Below, in pieces: positions 49,115 to 63,074 of a stretch of 64,000 bases of DNA. Positions within the stretch are counted from its first letter, which is position 1; the number at the start of each line of letters is the position of its first letter. Location: the NCBI RefSeq assembly GCF_036321535.1, contig NC_087437.1, positions 114,578,001-114,642,000 on the forward strand. Reading direction: 5' to 3'. The translations under genes were made by a program, and so were the position numbers. Source of the stretch: Camelus dromedarius. Lineage: Eukaryota. Under the pieces are notes generated by a model. That model made no database searches, was not told the DNA's origin, and saw only the letters and a program-made list of their open reading frames with translations.

Positions 49115-49518
49115 GGTTGTTAAGGGTTGAAGTGTGTCCTCCAAAAAAAGACTGGTCCTGACCCGCAGTATCTCAGAGTGTGACTTACTTGAAGATCCAG
49201 TGTTTACAGAGCCGGTCAAGTTAAAAAGAGGTCATTATCCAGCATGACTGTGTCCTTATAAAAAGGGGAAATTTGGACACTGACATAGTCATGCGGAGAG
49301 GGAAGATGCCATGTGAGGATGAAGGCAGAGATTGGGGTAATGCAGTTAAAAGCCAAGGAACCCCAAGATGGCCAGCAAACTGCCAGAAGCGCAGCCTGGA
49401 GCAGAGTCTTCCTAAGCCTCAGGAGGCAGCCGCCCTGCCGACTCCCCGCCTCCGTTTCTGGTGTTGTAAGCCTCCCCGTGGGTGGGGCTTTGTTATGGCA
49501 GCCCTAGCAAACTGATAC
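49115..49518 (+). mobile_element. MaLR solo LTR (MLT1C-like)
   Basis: gggttgaagtgtgtcctcc...gtccttataaaaaggggaaatttggacac...ttgttatggcagccctagcaaactgatac. Confidence 0.8.
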
Positions 49519-49534
49519 CAGGGTATTCTGAACA

Positions 49535-49990
49535 CTTAGGTGCCAGGGCCCAGCCTTCGACACACGGTTCCTGCTCTCATGGAATGTAAGGCTTTGCTGA
49601 TGGCAGACAACGAATAAATACGTGATGTCAGGTGCTGAATGCTACGAAGAAAAATAAACCAGGAAAGTTGGTAGCAAGGAAGGAGGATGGGGTGCTGGCT
49701 CAGACAGAGCTGGCTCTCTGATAATGTGACATTTGAGATTTGAGCAGAGGCCTGGAGGCAGTGAGCTAGCTGGCTGGGGGGCCATCTGGGGCGCAGGCTT
49801 TTGTTCAAGGTACAGCAGGGGGTGGGCGTGGCTGGAGAGGGGAGGTGATGGGAGGTGAGGGAGGAGAGGTAGCCAGAGCCCAGCAGCACGGATCTCCTGC
49901 GATGGAGGGAAGCCACTGAGCTTCCGGGAAGGCTTTGAGCAAGGTGACCCATAGCTGCCTTTCTCACTGGGGGAGTTTCTCTGGCTGATG
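49535..49990 (-). mobile_element. LINE-2 fragment
   Basis: cctgctctcatggaatg...gtgacatttgag...gggaagccactg...ctttgagca. Confidence 0.6.
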
Positions 49991-51178
49991 TGAGGAGTGA
50001 GCCTGATCATGGGAGCCTGTCGGGTGGAGGTGGGCAGCCTCCATACCCGGATCAGAGTTTCTGGACACGGAGGGTTTGGGAGGGTGCTGGAGGGAACAAG
50101 CCTCAATCTGCTTAGCAGTGACGCACTTCTAGGAGACTCGCAACTTCTGCATCAAGTGTACCTGGTAGTTGATGTGAATAAAGTGTTTTAAGGCTTTAGT
50201 GATAGTCAGATGTCTTGGACTCATGCATGGACATAGAAATTCAGTGAGTGAATTAGTGATGAGTTAGTAAATACTCTATAATGCAAGTAGAAACAATATT
50301 GTGGTACGCAAAGTTGGGTCGCGGTGCGTTCTAATTAAGGTAGTTGATTTCAGATTCTAAAATGTAAACCATAGCCTCACAGCAGAAGTTGCTTCTGGCT
50401 CAACTCTTGATAAGAGAAAACTGAACCCCGAGAAGCCTCAGGCTGTCAGACTATAGGCAGATTCTAATTGAATCATTTTAAAAACTTGCTACACTTTCAG
50501 TATCATTTTTAGAATTTTTCCGTATTAGAAAAAAGTTTATCTTTTTTTAGTTTTTATGTATATTGACACGAATAGGATAATTTCTGCTTCATTGTTTATC
50601 TGAGGCCACAAGCCATCACCTTTCACTGAATATTTTTAGAGAAGTGTTGATCAGCAAGTGCATTTTGAGCCCTTGTGAACCCAACCATTGTACCAAGGCT
50701 GGATTACAACTTTGATTAAGGAAATGAAGGAAATAAGTAGAAATAAACTCTGTACATTAGGAAAAAAAACCTCAACACTAAAGCTTCTTTTTTAAAACAA
50801 AAGTCGTAATGGTTCTAAATGAACCACTTTTTTGCTGTTTTTATTCAATATCCTACTGTTTCACAAAAAGCAGATGGCGTGAGTAGTAGGAGGAGCTGGA
50901 AGTCTTGGGTCATATTAGGTGTTTCAGCTCCTAGTCCTATCGCTTAGTGACGAGCACCTCCTTTTTAAAGCAGAGCAACTTGTGACATTATGGGGACGTG
51001 GCCAGAGCTTGGAGACCAGGGGAGCTGCTCTGGCCCTTTACACATCAGCTCCAAGACCTCTTCTGCCCAAAAGCTCGATGAGTCTGAGCTGCAGCCTGAT
51101 GCCCACCCTCACCCTGATCAGCTGCTTTTCTCCGTGAAATAGTATCAGTTCAGATAAAGCCGCTTTGGTTTGAGGTCC

Positions 51179-51520
51179 GTGTTAGTTTGCTCGGCTGCCA
51201 TCACAAAATACCACGGCCTGGGTGGCTGAAAGAACAGAAACTGATTTTCTCACAGGTCTGGAGGCTGGAGGTCCACGATCAAGGTGTCAGCAGGTTTGGC
51301 TTCTTCAGGGGCCTCTCTGCTCGGTTTGCCGGCGGCTGCTTCTCACTGTGTCCTCTTCTGTGCGTGGGTCTGTCCTGATCTGCTCCTCCTGAGGACACCA
51401 GTCATGTTGGACAGCACCTGTGTGACCTCCTGTCACCTTAGTTACCTCTTCGGGGGCCCTGTCTCCAGATACAGCCCCGTTCTGAGGTCTGAACTCTGGG
51501 GACACAGTCCAGCCCATAGC
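51179..51520 (-). mobile_element. MaLR solo LTR (MLT1A/B-like)
   Basis: gttagtttgctcggctgccatcacaaaataccac...tctggaggctggaggtcc...cagcccatagca. Confidence 0.75.
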
Positions 51521-51749
51521 AGGGTCTGATAACGAAGTGCACACTCTCCCTCCTCATATCGACTTTTAAAAAAGCTTTTTTGTGATGGAAGCCCAGACGG
51601 CTCTTCATTGCCGGCCTTGGGTAGAGCAGCGTGTTGCTTGTTTAGTCTTGTTTTACTGCTCAGGAGCGCCGGGAGGAACTCCGGTTCCCGAGCGTGTGGT
51701 GATAGAATACGTGCCCGGGCCTCCGAGTCACTCAGGGCGGCCTTCCCGG

Positions 51750-52060
51750 CCATCTCAGTCCACGCCGGCTGCTGTAACAAAACTCCACAGGCTGGCGGCT
51801 CGTCAGCGACAGACATTTATCTCTCGGTCCAGAGCCGGGAAGTCAAGGCCAGCAGATTCGGTGTCTGGTGACGGGCCTCCTCCTGGTTCACAGCTGGCCA
51901 TCTTCTGTTGTGTCCTCACGTGGTGGAGGGGGCCGGGAGCCCTGTGGGGTCCCTTTCACAAGGGCACTAATCCTGTTCACAAGGGCTCCACCCTGATGAC
52001 CTGATCACCCTCCAAAGGCCCCACCTCCGAACCCTGTCACACCGGGGAACACATTTAGAC
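51750..52060 (-). mobile_element. MaLR solo LTR (MLT1A-like)
   Basis: gctgctgtaacaaaactccacagg...agattcggtgtctggtga...aagggcactaatcc...gggctccaccctgatgacct. Confidence 0.75.
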
Positions 52061-53238
52061 CAGAGCCCTGATGATTTGTGCCCCACCTGATTGCACCTCA
52101 CCAGCTCTGCACCAGCTTCTTTGTGGGGGCCGTTTGTGGGGTGTTATTTTAGGGGAGTTCATCCCTGAAGGAAGGGGTTGGGCTTCCCCATGTATCTCCC
52201 TTGCAGTCCTCCTCCCCAACCTCCTCCTCCTTCCACTGAGACACAGTTTAAATTGCCACCCCGATCCCCGCTGGACCCGACTCTGCCTAGTGGGTGACCT
52301 GGATAGGGCTGTGGGCCCCTCCCAGCCTGCATGATGCGTGGTTCCACCTTGTCACCTCACTTTTGGGGTCCTATGTGGTAAAGAAATGGTGTCTCAGTTT
52401 GGGGCAATTAGTCATTTTCTAGCAATCTACTGTCCAGGGTGGGGACCTTGAAGCTACAAGTTTTCAGATAAGTTTTCATATTGGAAAGACATGGGCCTGA
52501 ATGCCTTCTGAGAAGAGACCAAATTGGAAGGGCGTGTTGGCAATTATTGACTCTTTTCCCTTGTAAATAAAGTAGATCCTGCACCTCTACAGGGGAGTGC
52601 TGAGCACAGGACCCATTTGTTCCTGGCAGTGTTGTGATTCTTCTTGGCACCAGGACTTAGGAGATGCCGCTAATAGAATGTCAGGCAGAACTCTCATCCT
52701 CGTGCGTGGTGAGGGCTGCCGAATCCTGCTCCACTGTTCTGCCGTCCTTTTGGTGGGGGATGCCCTGGGGCTCATGTGACATTGTTGCTTCTTTCCCTAC
52801 CCTGCGTTACCCTGAAGGAGCTGAGAATTGGCAAGGGCATTGCTGTTCAGGTTGAGAGAACAGCCTTGCTGTGAGCCACTCAGACACCACAAGGGCAACG
52901 TGGTCCTTTCAGAAAGAGCATTTCTCTCTGTTGAAAAGAGTCTGATATACACCTGATGATTGATAGTTAGGACAGTCTATTTATTTTGCATCTGAGCCAA
53001 GGATATTTTTGCTGTTCTTCCTTTCAGATCTGCTGGAGGGATGGAAATAGTCCAGATTTGGACAGGTGAATTATTCCTCCAGTAATCTAATGACTATAGC
53101 TCATCTGATTTAAAAAAAAAAAGCTCATCTAGCAGAATTGAGTTTATGGATAAGAAAAAAAGGGGTTCACTTATGTTTTATAAGTACTATCAAGAAAGTT
53201 AAGAAACCAGAAACTTCATGTCAGGCTGTGGAAAGAAG

Positions 53239-53592
53239 GTGTTATGGACTGAACTGTACCCCTCCGGGCCTCCCCTACCCCAAATTCACATGTTGAAGCT
53301 CCAACCCCCAGCGTGACTGTGTCTGGAGGTAGGGTTTTCAGGAGATAAGTAAAGTTAAACAAGGTCGTGAAGGTGGGGCCCTAATCCAATAGGACTGTGG
53401 CCTTAGAACAAGGAAGAGTTCTCTCCCCTCTGCGGGAGGACACAACAGGCAGGCACCAGCTGCAAACCGGGAGGAGAACTGAGTCAGCGGCACCTTGATC
53501 TTGGACTTCCAGCCTCCAGAACTGGCAGAAATAAACATCTGTTGTTCAAGCCGCCCAGCCTGTGATAGTTCGTTTCAGCAAATTGATAACAA
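53239..53592 (+). mobile_element. MaLR solo LTR (MLT1A0-like)
   Basis: tgttatggactgaac...aaattcacatgttgaagc...caccttgatcttggacttccagcctccagaact. Confidence 0.8.
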
Positions 53593-53734
53593 AAGGAAAT
53601 AAGTTAAACTGGGCTATTTTTCAAAAAGGATGACTGAACATGAACATCAATATTCAAGCTTATGTTTGAGTCAATTACAGGCATTCTCATTTATCTTTTT
53701 CAAATGGTCTCTTCTTTTTCTGTGTTTTCAAAAA

Positions 53735-54320
53735 AAATTTTCACAGCTTTGTTGTACAATAAACTGCATGTGTTTAAAATGTGTAATTTTGATGAGTTTT
53801 GACATCGGTATAGCCCCATAAACCATCACTGCATAAGACAATGAGCAGGTATCCGCCCCCCCCCCCCACCCCAGAGGTTTCCGCGGGGCTTTTGTGGTCC
53901 TCCTCCCTCCCTCCCCTCCCTGCCCCCATCCCCAGGCAACTACTGGTCTGCTTTCTGTCACTATTACTAGTTTGCATTTTCAAAAATTTTGTATAAGCAG
54001 ACTCATACAGAACATACTCTTTTTTTTTTCCCCCTCCTAGTCTGGCTTATTTCACTCAGCAGAACTGTTTTGAGAGTCATCCAAGTTGTGTATATTGATA
54101 GTTATTCCTTCTTACTGCTGAGTAGGATTTCATGGATATATACCATTTATTTGTCCATTTGCCTGTTAATGGACATTGGGTTGCTTCCAGTAGGTACATA
54201 TTTAATTTTTTAAAAAAACTGCCAAATTGTTTTCCAAAGTGGTTGTATCATTTTACACCCCGCCAGCAGTTTTGAGAACCTCAGTTCTTCTGTATTCTTA
54301 CCAATGCTTGGTATGGGTGG
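53735..54320 (-). mobile_element. Old L1 (L1MC-like) 3' end; resumes at ~56030-56110
   Basis: tacaataaactgca...gatgagttttgaca...ccaggcaactactggtctgctttctgtc. Confidence 0.75.
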
Positions 54321-54324
54321 TCTT

Positions 54325-56025
54325 TATTTTTTTAGTTGACGTATAATTGATTTACAGTATTATGTTAGTTTTAGGGATACAGCATAATGATTCAGTCTTT
54401 TTACAGATTATACTCCATTGAGAGCTATTACAAGATAGTAGCTATAATTCCCTGTTCTATACAGTATGTCCTTGTTGCTGCTCAACTTCATATGTAGTAG
54501 TTTGTATCTCTTATTCCCATTCCCCTCATTTGACCCTCTCCCCTTCCCTCGTCCCTTTGGTAACCACTAGTTCATTTTCTGTATCTGTGAGTCTGTTCCT
54601 GTGTTGCATATACATTCATTTGTATTATTTTTTAGATTCCACATATCAGTGATATTATACAGTATTTGCCTTTCTCTGACATATTTCATTAAGCATAATC
54701 TCTAGGTCCATCCACGTTGCTGCAAATGACAATTTCGTTCTTTTTTATGGCTGAGTAACGTATATGTACACACACACCACATCTTCTTTATCCATTTGTC
54801 TCTCGATGGGCATTTGGGTTGCTTTTGTAACTCAGTGCTGCTATGAACATTGGAGAGTGTGTGTCTTTTTGAATTAGTGTTTTCATTTTTTCTGGATATA
54901 TACCCAGGAGTAAAATTAATGGATCATATGGTAGTTCTATTTTTAGTTTTTTGAGGGACCTCCACGCTAATTTCCATAGTGGCTGTACCAATTTACATTC
55001 CTACCAACAGTGTACAAGGGTTCCCTTTTCTCCACATCCTCTCCAACATTTTTTATTTGTAGACTTTTTGATGTTGACCATTCTGATAGTCGTGAGTTGA
55101 TAACCTCAGTGTTATGATTTGCATTTCTCTAATAATTAGCGATGTTGAACATCTTTTCATATGGCTGTTAGCCATCTATATGTCTTCTTTGGAAGAATGT
55201 CTGTTGAGGCCTTCTGCCCATTTATTTTATTTTATTTTTTTAATATTGAGTTGTCTGAGGTCTTTGTTTATTTTGGATATTAACTGCTTGTTGGTCATAT
55301 CATTTGCAAATATATTCTCCTAGTCCATAGGTTGTCTTTTTGTTTTGTTCATGGTTTCCTTTGCTGCACAAAAGCTTTTATGTTTAATTATGTTCCATTT
55401 GTTTATTTTTGCTTTTCTTTTGCTTTGGGAGACTGACCCAGAAAAATATTGCTACAGTTTATGCCGAAGGGTGTTCTGCATGTGTTTTCTTCTAGGAGTT
55501 TGACAGTTTCAGGTCTTACATTTAATCTGTTTTAATCTTCACTCCATTTTGAGTTTATTTTTATATATGGTGTGAGGAAATATTTTAATCTCATTGTTTT
55601 ACCTGCAACTGTCTAATTTTCCCAGCACCAGAGGCTGAAGAGGCTATCTTTTCTCTAGTATTTATTCTTGCCTTTTTTGTCATAGATTAATTGACTGTAA
55701 GTGTGTGAGTTTATTTCTGGGCCCTCTGTTCTGTTCCATTGATCCATATGTCTGTTTTTGTGCCAGTACCATGCTGTTTTGATTACTGTAGCTTTGCAGT
55801 ATAATCTGAAGTCTGGGAGGGTGATACCTTCAGCTTTGTTCTTTTTTTCTCAGTATTGCTTTGACAATTCAGGGCCTTTTGTGGTTCCATATGAATTTTA
55901 GGATAATTTGTTTTAGTTCTGTGGAAAGTGTCTTGGGTATTTTGATAGGGACTGCATGAAATCTGTAGGTTGCTTTGAGTAGTATGGCCATTTTAACAAT
56001 ATTAGTTCTTCCAGTCTGAAGGCAC
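54325..56025 (-). mobile_element. Younger L1 (~1.7 kb 3' portion) nested in an older L1
   Basis: Minus-strand [23 protein letters not shown]; same family as 1-1625; host sequence continues on both sides. Confidence 0.9.
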
Positions 56026-57299
56026 AAGATAGCAGTCTTTTTACTTTTGCCATTTTAGTGGTGCTGTAGTGGTATCTCCCTGTGGCTTTTGCATTTCCCA
56101 AATGACTAATGATCAGAGAGTTAGTTCATGATCATTGTAAATTTGTTTTAATCCTATGGAAATACAACACAAAGAGAACTCTAAGAATCTACTTCACTGT
56201 ATGTAATAGAAAAAAAACTGGAAACAGCCACCCTTGGTGAGACTGGCTGTAGGATACAACATGATACAACAGTGTGGTGACATATATGGCATCCAAATAA
56301 AGTAGACTTGTAGTTACTGACGTGAAAATGCTCATGATAAAATAAGGGGGCAAAAAAAGGCAGATTGAACAGCTCACATGTAGCTCTGTCTCGTGTGTGT
56401 GTGCGTGTGTGTGTGAGAAAAAGGGAGTAGGGGTTCTGTATAGGGGTGAACAAGATCTAGAAGCCCTTTATTGTTAGAATGGTTTACTTCCAGTTTTCCA
56501 TAATCCTAAAGGCAGTTGTAGTGAATGTCTTTCCACCCGTGGCTGTTTTTTAAGGTGTAATACCGTATTACCAGAGGTGGAGTTGCTGTATCAGTGAACG
56601 TAGACTTAAACCTTTGGACACGTGAGTCTGCCTGTGGATGTTATTTTGCTCCATTCACCTGTCTGCCTTGCTGCCAGAGCCATGCCTCTCAGCTGCTGTG
56701 CTATGTGACGTCCGTATCTGGCAATACCACGTTCTCCACCCTCACTAACCACTTCTCTGTTTCAGAATTTTCCTACTATTCCCAGGTGGTTTTCTTCCAG
56801 ATGAACTTCAAAATCATTTGCAAAGTTAGAAAAAAATTTATGGGAGTTGGTTGGCATTAAGTAACAATTATTGAATATTTTGGGAAGAAATGACATCTTC
56901 ACACACTTGGGCCCTCCTTCCTCATAGAAATGTGATGGTCTCCCCATGGATTGAAAGGCGTTCACTTTGGTTCCTAAGCATTGAATTGCTCTTATATAAG
57001 TCCTTCCTGTTTCTTAAATATATCATTTTATACATGTATTTTTGCTATTATCAGTGGGATTATTTTCCACCACATTCCAACCAGTTTTAACTGGTTGTTG
57101 GCATGTAGGAAACTATCAATTTACAGAATTTGGAAACTGACCATTTTAATGAACTTATTTCTAAGTTTTTTCAGCTAATTGTTTTGAGTTATTTAGGTAG
57201 ACAGGCATATATATCATCAGTCAGTACTGAGCTTGTGCTTTTTCCCTGATATTTGGCTAGCATTTTCTAGAACATGATTAACTAATGATGATACTATCA

Positions 57300-57650
57300 G
57301 TGTATGAATTACAGTAACGTTAGCTGCTGTAACAAACAAGTCCAAAAATTCAATGTCACCGTAAGATTGAAGTTTCTTGCTCATGTATCAGTTCAGCGTG
57401 GTGGTCCAGAGTGGGCATCTCTCTTGTATTGGTCATTTCAGAGACTCAAGCCAGGGAGCCTGCCATCTTTAACTCATGGCTTCCAGAGTCTCTTCCACAG
57501 GAAAGGGGACGAGCACGTGGGAGCGTGCATAGACCTTAATGGTACGTGTTACTTCCACTTTCCCTTCAGGGGAAAAGCTTATTGCAGCCGTGGCCCAGCT
57601 GTGATCCTCGCCACAGAAGGGGACTTGAGTCAGGTGGGCGGTCCCTGTCA
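57300..57650 (-). mobile_element. Old MaLR LTR (MLT1J-like) amid old L1 remnants
   Basis: ttagctgctgtaacaaac...aagtttcttgctcatgt...ggtcatttcagagactcaagc. Confidence 0.5.
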
Positions 57651-58537
57651 CGGCCCCTTCCTGGCCTGCACAGCTCTTAGTGGGAGTGCCTCCAGCGTTT
57701 CACCACGGTCTCAGCTCTGCAGCTCCATCATGTTGCTTGTCTCATCAAGGATCAGTTTGCTCCTTATTTACTAAACTTAATACTTTTTTATCTTTGTATG
57801 GCAAGAAATGTATGTCATTTCATTACTTGCTCAATTTGTAAAATATTAATTGCTTTTTTCCAAGCAACATGGTTTTGCCTTACATTTTATTCATGTGCTT
57901 TTGGTGATTATTGTGCTTAAGCCAGATTCTCCCAGCACCTGAGATAAGCCTTGGAAGTAGATATGTTGAAAGGTTGCTAACTCAGGTGCTGTGGGATGAA
58001 GGAAGGAACACTGAGCTTGAAGGAGGAACTCCTGGGTTCGTGGTCAGGCTCCCCACGTCTCATTTCGGGGCAGGCGTGCTGGTTGCCCACCCACTCATGC
58101 TCTTCCTTCTCGTCAGAAGGACCCGGTTATGTCCAGGGATCAGGTGGTGATGTGCTGCAGGGTGGTGGCCCCCATCTTCCAGGCCCAGCCATCCACGTCA
58201 TGGTTCGAGGACTTAATCCTAGTATTCTGTTTTCCTTGGGATTAATTTAGACATGGGCAAGTGACCTTCTCTGACCATGAGATGTGGCCAGCTGGCTTCT
58301 GGAAAGGATTTCCTCTAATGCAGGGAGACAAGAAAGGAAACCAAAAATTTTTCTTTGCTTCTCTCTGTGGTCATGTGAGAATTTAGTACCTGATGTTTGT
58401 CAGGAGGTTATGACAGGAAAAGGCTAAAGATAAGTCAGTTCACCATTGGGACCACTTAAGCAATGAAAAAGCCTGGGTCCTTTTAGGCTGTCTTTGGGCC
58501 CTTGCATTAACCAAACTCAGAAACAGGCTCCTCTGGA

Positions 58538-58735
58538 CCGGGGTTTCTCAGCCTTGGCATCACCTCCTGTGATGGGATGGGGGTGCAGTCCTGTGCATTG
58601 TAGGAGGTTTATCAGCATCCTGGCCTTTTTGCCCACCAAATGCCAGCCCCGCTCCCCCCATGACAGCCAGAAATGCCTCCAGACATTGCCAAGTGTCCCT
58701 TGGGGGAAAAATTGCCCCAGTTTGAGAGCCACTGC
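58538..58735 (+). mobile_element. MER20 (hAT-Charlie)
   Basis: gggtttctcagccttggca...gtcctgtgcattgtagga...ctccagacattgccaagtgtcc...ttgagagccactg. Confidence 0.85.
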
Positions 58736-61700
58736 TCTAGACTTTGGGTTGTGAGGTGGTAGGTGCCTTCATTAAGACTTGTATAGTCAAATATCCTATT
58801 CTTTACATCCAGAAGCTATTCTGTAGCCTTAGACCATCCTTAACTCATGGGAGCACGTTTCCTCTGTGGGCTGATGCAGGCACACTTCTTTCTTGCCAGT
58901 GGAGATGTTTGTGTGTCCTTAAAAGGTGCAGAATGTCCTGATCCGCACCTTCACCGTTGGCATTCGTGTGGCTCTGGCTGGTGTCAGGCTTCTGTGGAGT
59001 GACTGTCGAGGACTTTCTGTCTCCCCGTCTGCACAGGTTTCATCCTAAGTACGGACCCTCCTTGTATTTCTGAGGAGGTCGTGTTCTTCCAGTGCCTGCT
59101 TTATGCCGGCCACGCATTCTGCCTCTCGGTCCTGAGCACCCTGGGCAGTCTCACAGCTGGTGGGCTTTGGAGAGAAAAGGCAGGTTTGGGTGAAATTGAT
59201 CTGGAGAGAGTGAACCAGGCTCTCATGCCTTTGTCACCATTTCTGCGTGATCATTAGTGACTCTGCCACCTAGACCTTGTTTTTTCACTGTTGCGGATTT
59301 GTGCAGAAAGCTTGTCTCAGAGACGGGAGCGCAGGGGAGTGCCCGGAGGAGAAGGACCGAGGGTCGGATTCAGATCTGATGGAAAGGACAGTGCCTCATG
59401 GGAGAGGTGTGTTCCTCGCCTCCCAACTTGAGACCGAATTACATTCCTTGATGCTGTCGCTGTGCGTGCTGGTCACACGGTCCTGGTGCCTTCTGTTGCC
59501 TGAGGCCCTCGTGGGCTGGTGGAACCCGAGCACACAGGGAGGACGCGTCCGGGCTCTGAACCCACTCTGCACTGGCAGTGCGGATGGGGACGTGCGGCTG
59601 GGAGGGTGCCTAGAGAAGGCTGCTGTGTGCGGAAAGGCGCAACGATGAGTCTCGCTTGATGCCGGTTCTGCCCTCCGGGGTGTACGTTTTGCAAAATACC
59701 AAGTTCTACCAGTAAAACTTAGAGGGCTGAACCTTGTTTGGGATTTGTAGTGAGATTCTGTCCCCGTGATTTTCATTTTTCTCTCCTGGCTCTTGACTTT
59801 TAACAAGATGGTTATTAGGCTTTTGGTTTATTTGTTAAATATATCATTTATATGTGGATTAAAATAAGTTTAAAGGAAGGAAAAATAACATTTCCATACA
59901 TTTTGTCATCTACTATCTGAATAATGTGCTTCCTTTTATTATTGTATCTATTGCACAGAATGTGGGTATAAATCCTTACCTATTTCAGTATTCTCTGCAT
60001 CGTGTGTTTCAGGATTTAGATTGTATCCTGGAGGGTATGTTTGCCCACGGGTTCGTTTCCCTTTTGTGTGGTTTACTGTAGAGCTCGGTGGCCTGGACCT
60101 CCCCCATCATTTTCCATCATGAGCCCTCGAAAATAGAGTGACTCCCTTTAGTGAGCCCCTGATACATGCTTCTCACCCATTACTTTTCAAACCTGGAATC
60201 CTCCAAAGTCAGTGCCATTCAGCTCCTTTTACTGATGAAGACACTGAATGAAGCTCAGACTTGCTTGAGGTATTTCCCAGCTCTACATGCAGTGTTTCAG
60301 CTCAGCCAGTGCCCCGCACAGCCCAGGAGGGAGGGGGACATGTGGACGAGAGGGAGGGCTGAGGACAGGCACTGCTCTCGGCAAAGAATAAAGCCTGGAA
60401 ACATGGAAAGTGCTGGAAAGCATCACGGTAGCCCATGAAGTTTCTCTGTGGGGAGACAGGGGAAATAGGTGTCAGTGGTGTCAGTCAGTGTCTTTTACAG
60501 TCTAAAGGGAGTAAATTCAGAGGTGGGGAGTTGAAGAGTGATATTTGAGCACGTGTGTTGTAGCCTGCCTTCTGTGAGGCGGCGAAGTGTTTGTTGTAAT
60601 GGCTTAAGAAGCAGTTTTCTGACCTAGTGTTAGATTCCCAAGTTGTGTTAACCAGGAGGTGAGATGGCCCCTGGTGCTGTGTCCTGTGTGTGTGCACGTG
60701 CATTCATGTGCATTCAGTGGTGATCCTGCTGCACCAGGGAGCGGACGTGGAGTGAGCACCCCGGATGCTCCAGCTGCCTTTGGAGTCTGACCCGCAGGAC
60801 CAGCCTGTGAGCGGTGACAGCACGTTTCCTGGGTGAGAAGGTGGAGCGTCAGCTGGGTGGGCCGTGCCTTTGCCTTTCAGCCGTGCTCTCGGAGGTCTCC
60901 AGGCGTGTAGATGGTCACTTTTTAGTCATCCTCCTGTGCAAGCAGCATGGTATTCAACATAAGGTAAAACTGAGCAAGAGACATAAAGTGAAGTTTAAGA
61001 CATTTTTAAACAACAAAAAATATATCCTAATGGGTCTCTAACTGCTGTGGGTGGTTGAGTCAACCAGAGAACTCTGTGCCCTGCTGGCAGCTCTACCACG
61101 GGCTGGGACATGGATGTTGTAACCACGCTGAGAGTTGGCTGATTGGGTGCACGGCTCTGCAGGTTTGCTCTAAGCGTTCAGCAGGAAGCAATATAGTGAC
61201 CCTTCCGTCAGTGACCTTTTTGAGAAGGAAGCTCTTCCTTTACAAAGGAGTTGTACTGGTGTCACTGCCCTGGTTGAGCCAAAGCTGGCCTTGCTGGCTC
61301 CCTGTGAATCCCAGCTCCCTGCAGTGGCTTTCAAGTGCCTTGATGACATGTCTGTTTCCCCCACCAGCCTCTTGCCATCCCCCGCCCCCGCCCTCCCAAG
61401 CTGGTGCGGTGGCCAGGTCACTGCCTTTTCAGGGACGGCCTGACGCTCTCCGCCGTCAGCATGGCCTACTTTAATATGGGACGTCTTGGCCCGTTTGTTA
61501 TTGCTCAGTGTCTGTTCTGTCTTCATTCTATCTGAAGAGCACTGTTGGTGTCCCCTGGCAAGTATTTAATGAGAGTTCAAGCCTGTGCCACCTGGTCGGT
61601 CTGACTCACTGTACAGCTTCATTTTTGTGGCATGAAATGAACATCCTTATAAAAATGACCGACTTCCAGTAGGAAGACATGCCAACGTCTTACTATTTGC

Positions 61701-62697
61701 TTGATGAGAGACAGGCTTTTAAATTGGCTTCCTTACGTTCCTTTACAGACAAGCATCTGGCATTCTGAAGCCGGTGTTACCACTCTGTGCACGAACAGGT
61801 TTGGGCGAGCTCTTCTAGGAACGTTTAAAGGAAACATTTAAAATTTTATTTTACAGGCTTGAACATTTAAAAATTTAATATAACTCTCCTCCATTCGTAT
61901 TGTTAAATTATCTTAAAAATTTTTTAAATTGTGATAAAATACAACATAAAATGTATAATCTTAACCATTTTTAAGTGTATTAAGTTACTTTTTGAGTCCA
62001 CGGTCTACCCTTTTGGAATTTTTAATCATGTTTCTTGCATAAAACTGTTCTAAATCACGCTGGGTGTCCTGGAGAATATCAGACTGTCAGATTGTGTCAT
62101 GACAGAGCAAAACAAAGTGAAACACAGACACTGCCTTGGGTGGGGCAAAGTGAGACACTTCCTGGTCTTCATTAGGGGAGCTCAGATGTGCTTCAAACCT
62201 TTTTTCTCAAATTTATATTTTATTTTTTATTATTTTGTTCCAAGTTCAGCGTGCTGAGCCCATGAATACAATGAGATTAAAAATATTGTAATTATATCGT
62301 AATTATAGCTCAAGGAATACCTTTAAAATTCTATAGTGTCTGAGTGAAATAAATAAGGAAGTTTAATTTCCCGTCTAATCATGTTTTTCCTTTCTGGTTA
62401 GCACTTTAAATAGTAATTTTGAAAACATGGCCATTTTTTCCTTCCTAATACGTCTGTTTCCCAAGATATTTATTCTACATTTGTAGAAGAACATTTCTCT
62501 TTCTCTCTTTTTTTTTTTGTATACATCATTTTTATTCAGTGTTTAAAATATATATAAAGATTATATTAAGCTTTCTGGCCAGTCATTTTGAGTTTCTGGC
62601 TTCCTGAAAAACACAACCCAAACAATGAAACTTCCCTGGAAACGTCCCTGAGCTTATCTCACGGGAGAAAGGGTCTTGCCAAAACAAAGGCCGGGAT

Positions 62698-62737
62698 GGA
62701 GGCAGACAGAGGACGGCGGAGGCAGACAGAGGACGGC
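62698..62737. repeat. Perfect 20-bp tandem duplication
   Basis: ggaggcagacagaggacggc x2. Confidence 0.9.
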
Positions 62738-63074
62738 AGAGCCAGGGTGGCCCTCCCTGACCTGAGCCAGGGGCCGGCCCTGGCAGCTCTTGAGCAGCTG
62801 GGAGGGGCATGAAGAGGAGTCAGGCACTTGCAGGCGCTGGAGGGTAAGACACAGTCGAAGGGGTTATTTTGCTAATTAAGGGTTAAAAACTCACACTTAG
62901 GCGAGGCTGGACTGAGTCCCTGGGTCCTTTCAGGATTTGTTAAAAGGAGTCCCTTTGTTCTGTGCTCAGGAAAGAGTTTTCAGTTAGTCCAACGTGTGAA
63001 CAGCACTCAAGAGTTCACGGCCCTTGCGGCTCAGCCAGCAAGAGCAGTTGGGTGACACAGTGTTCGTTTCTCCT

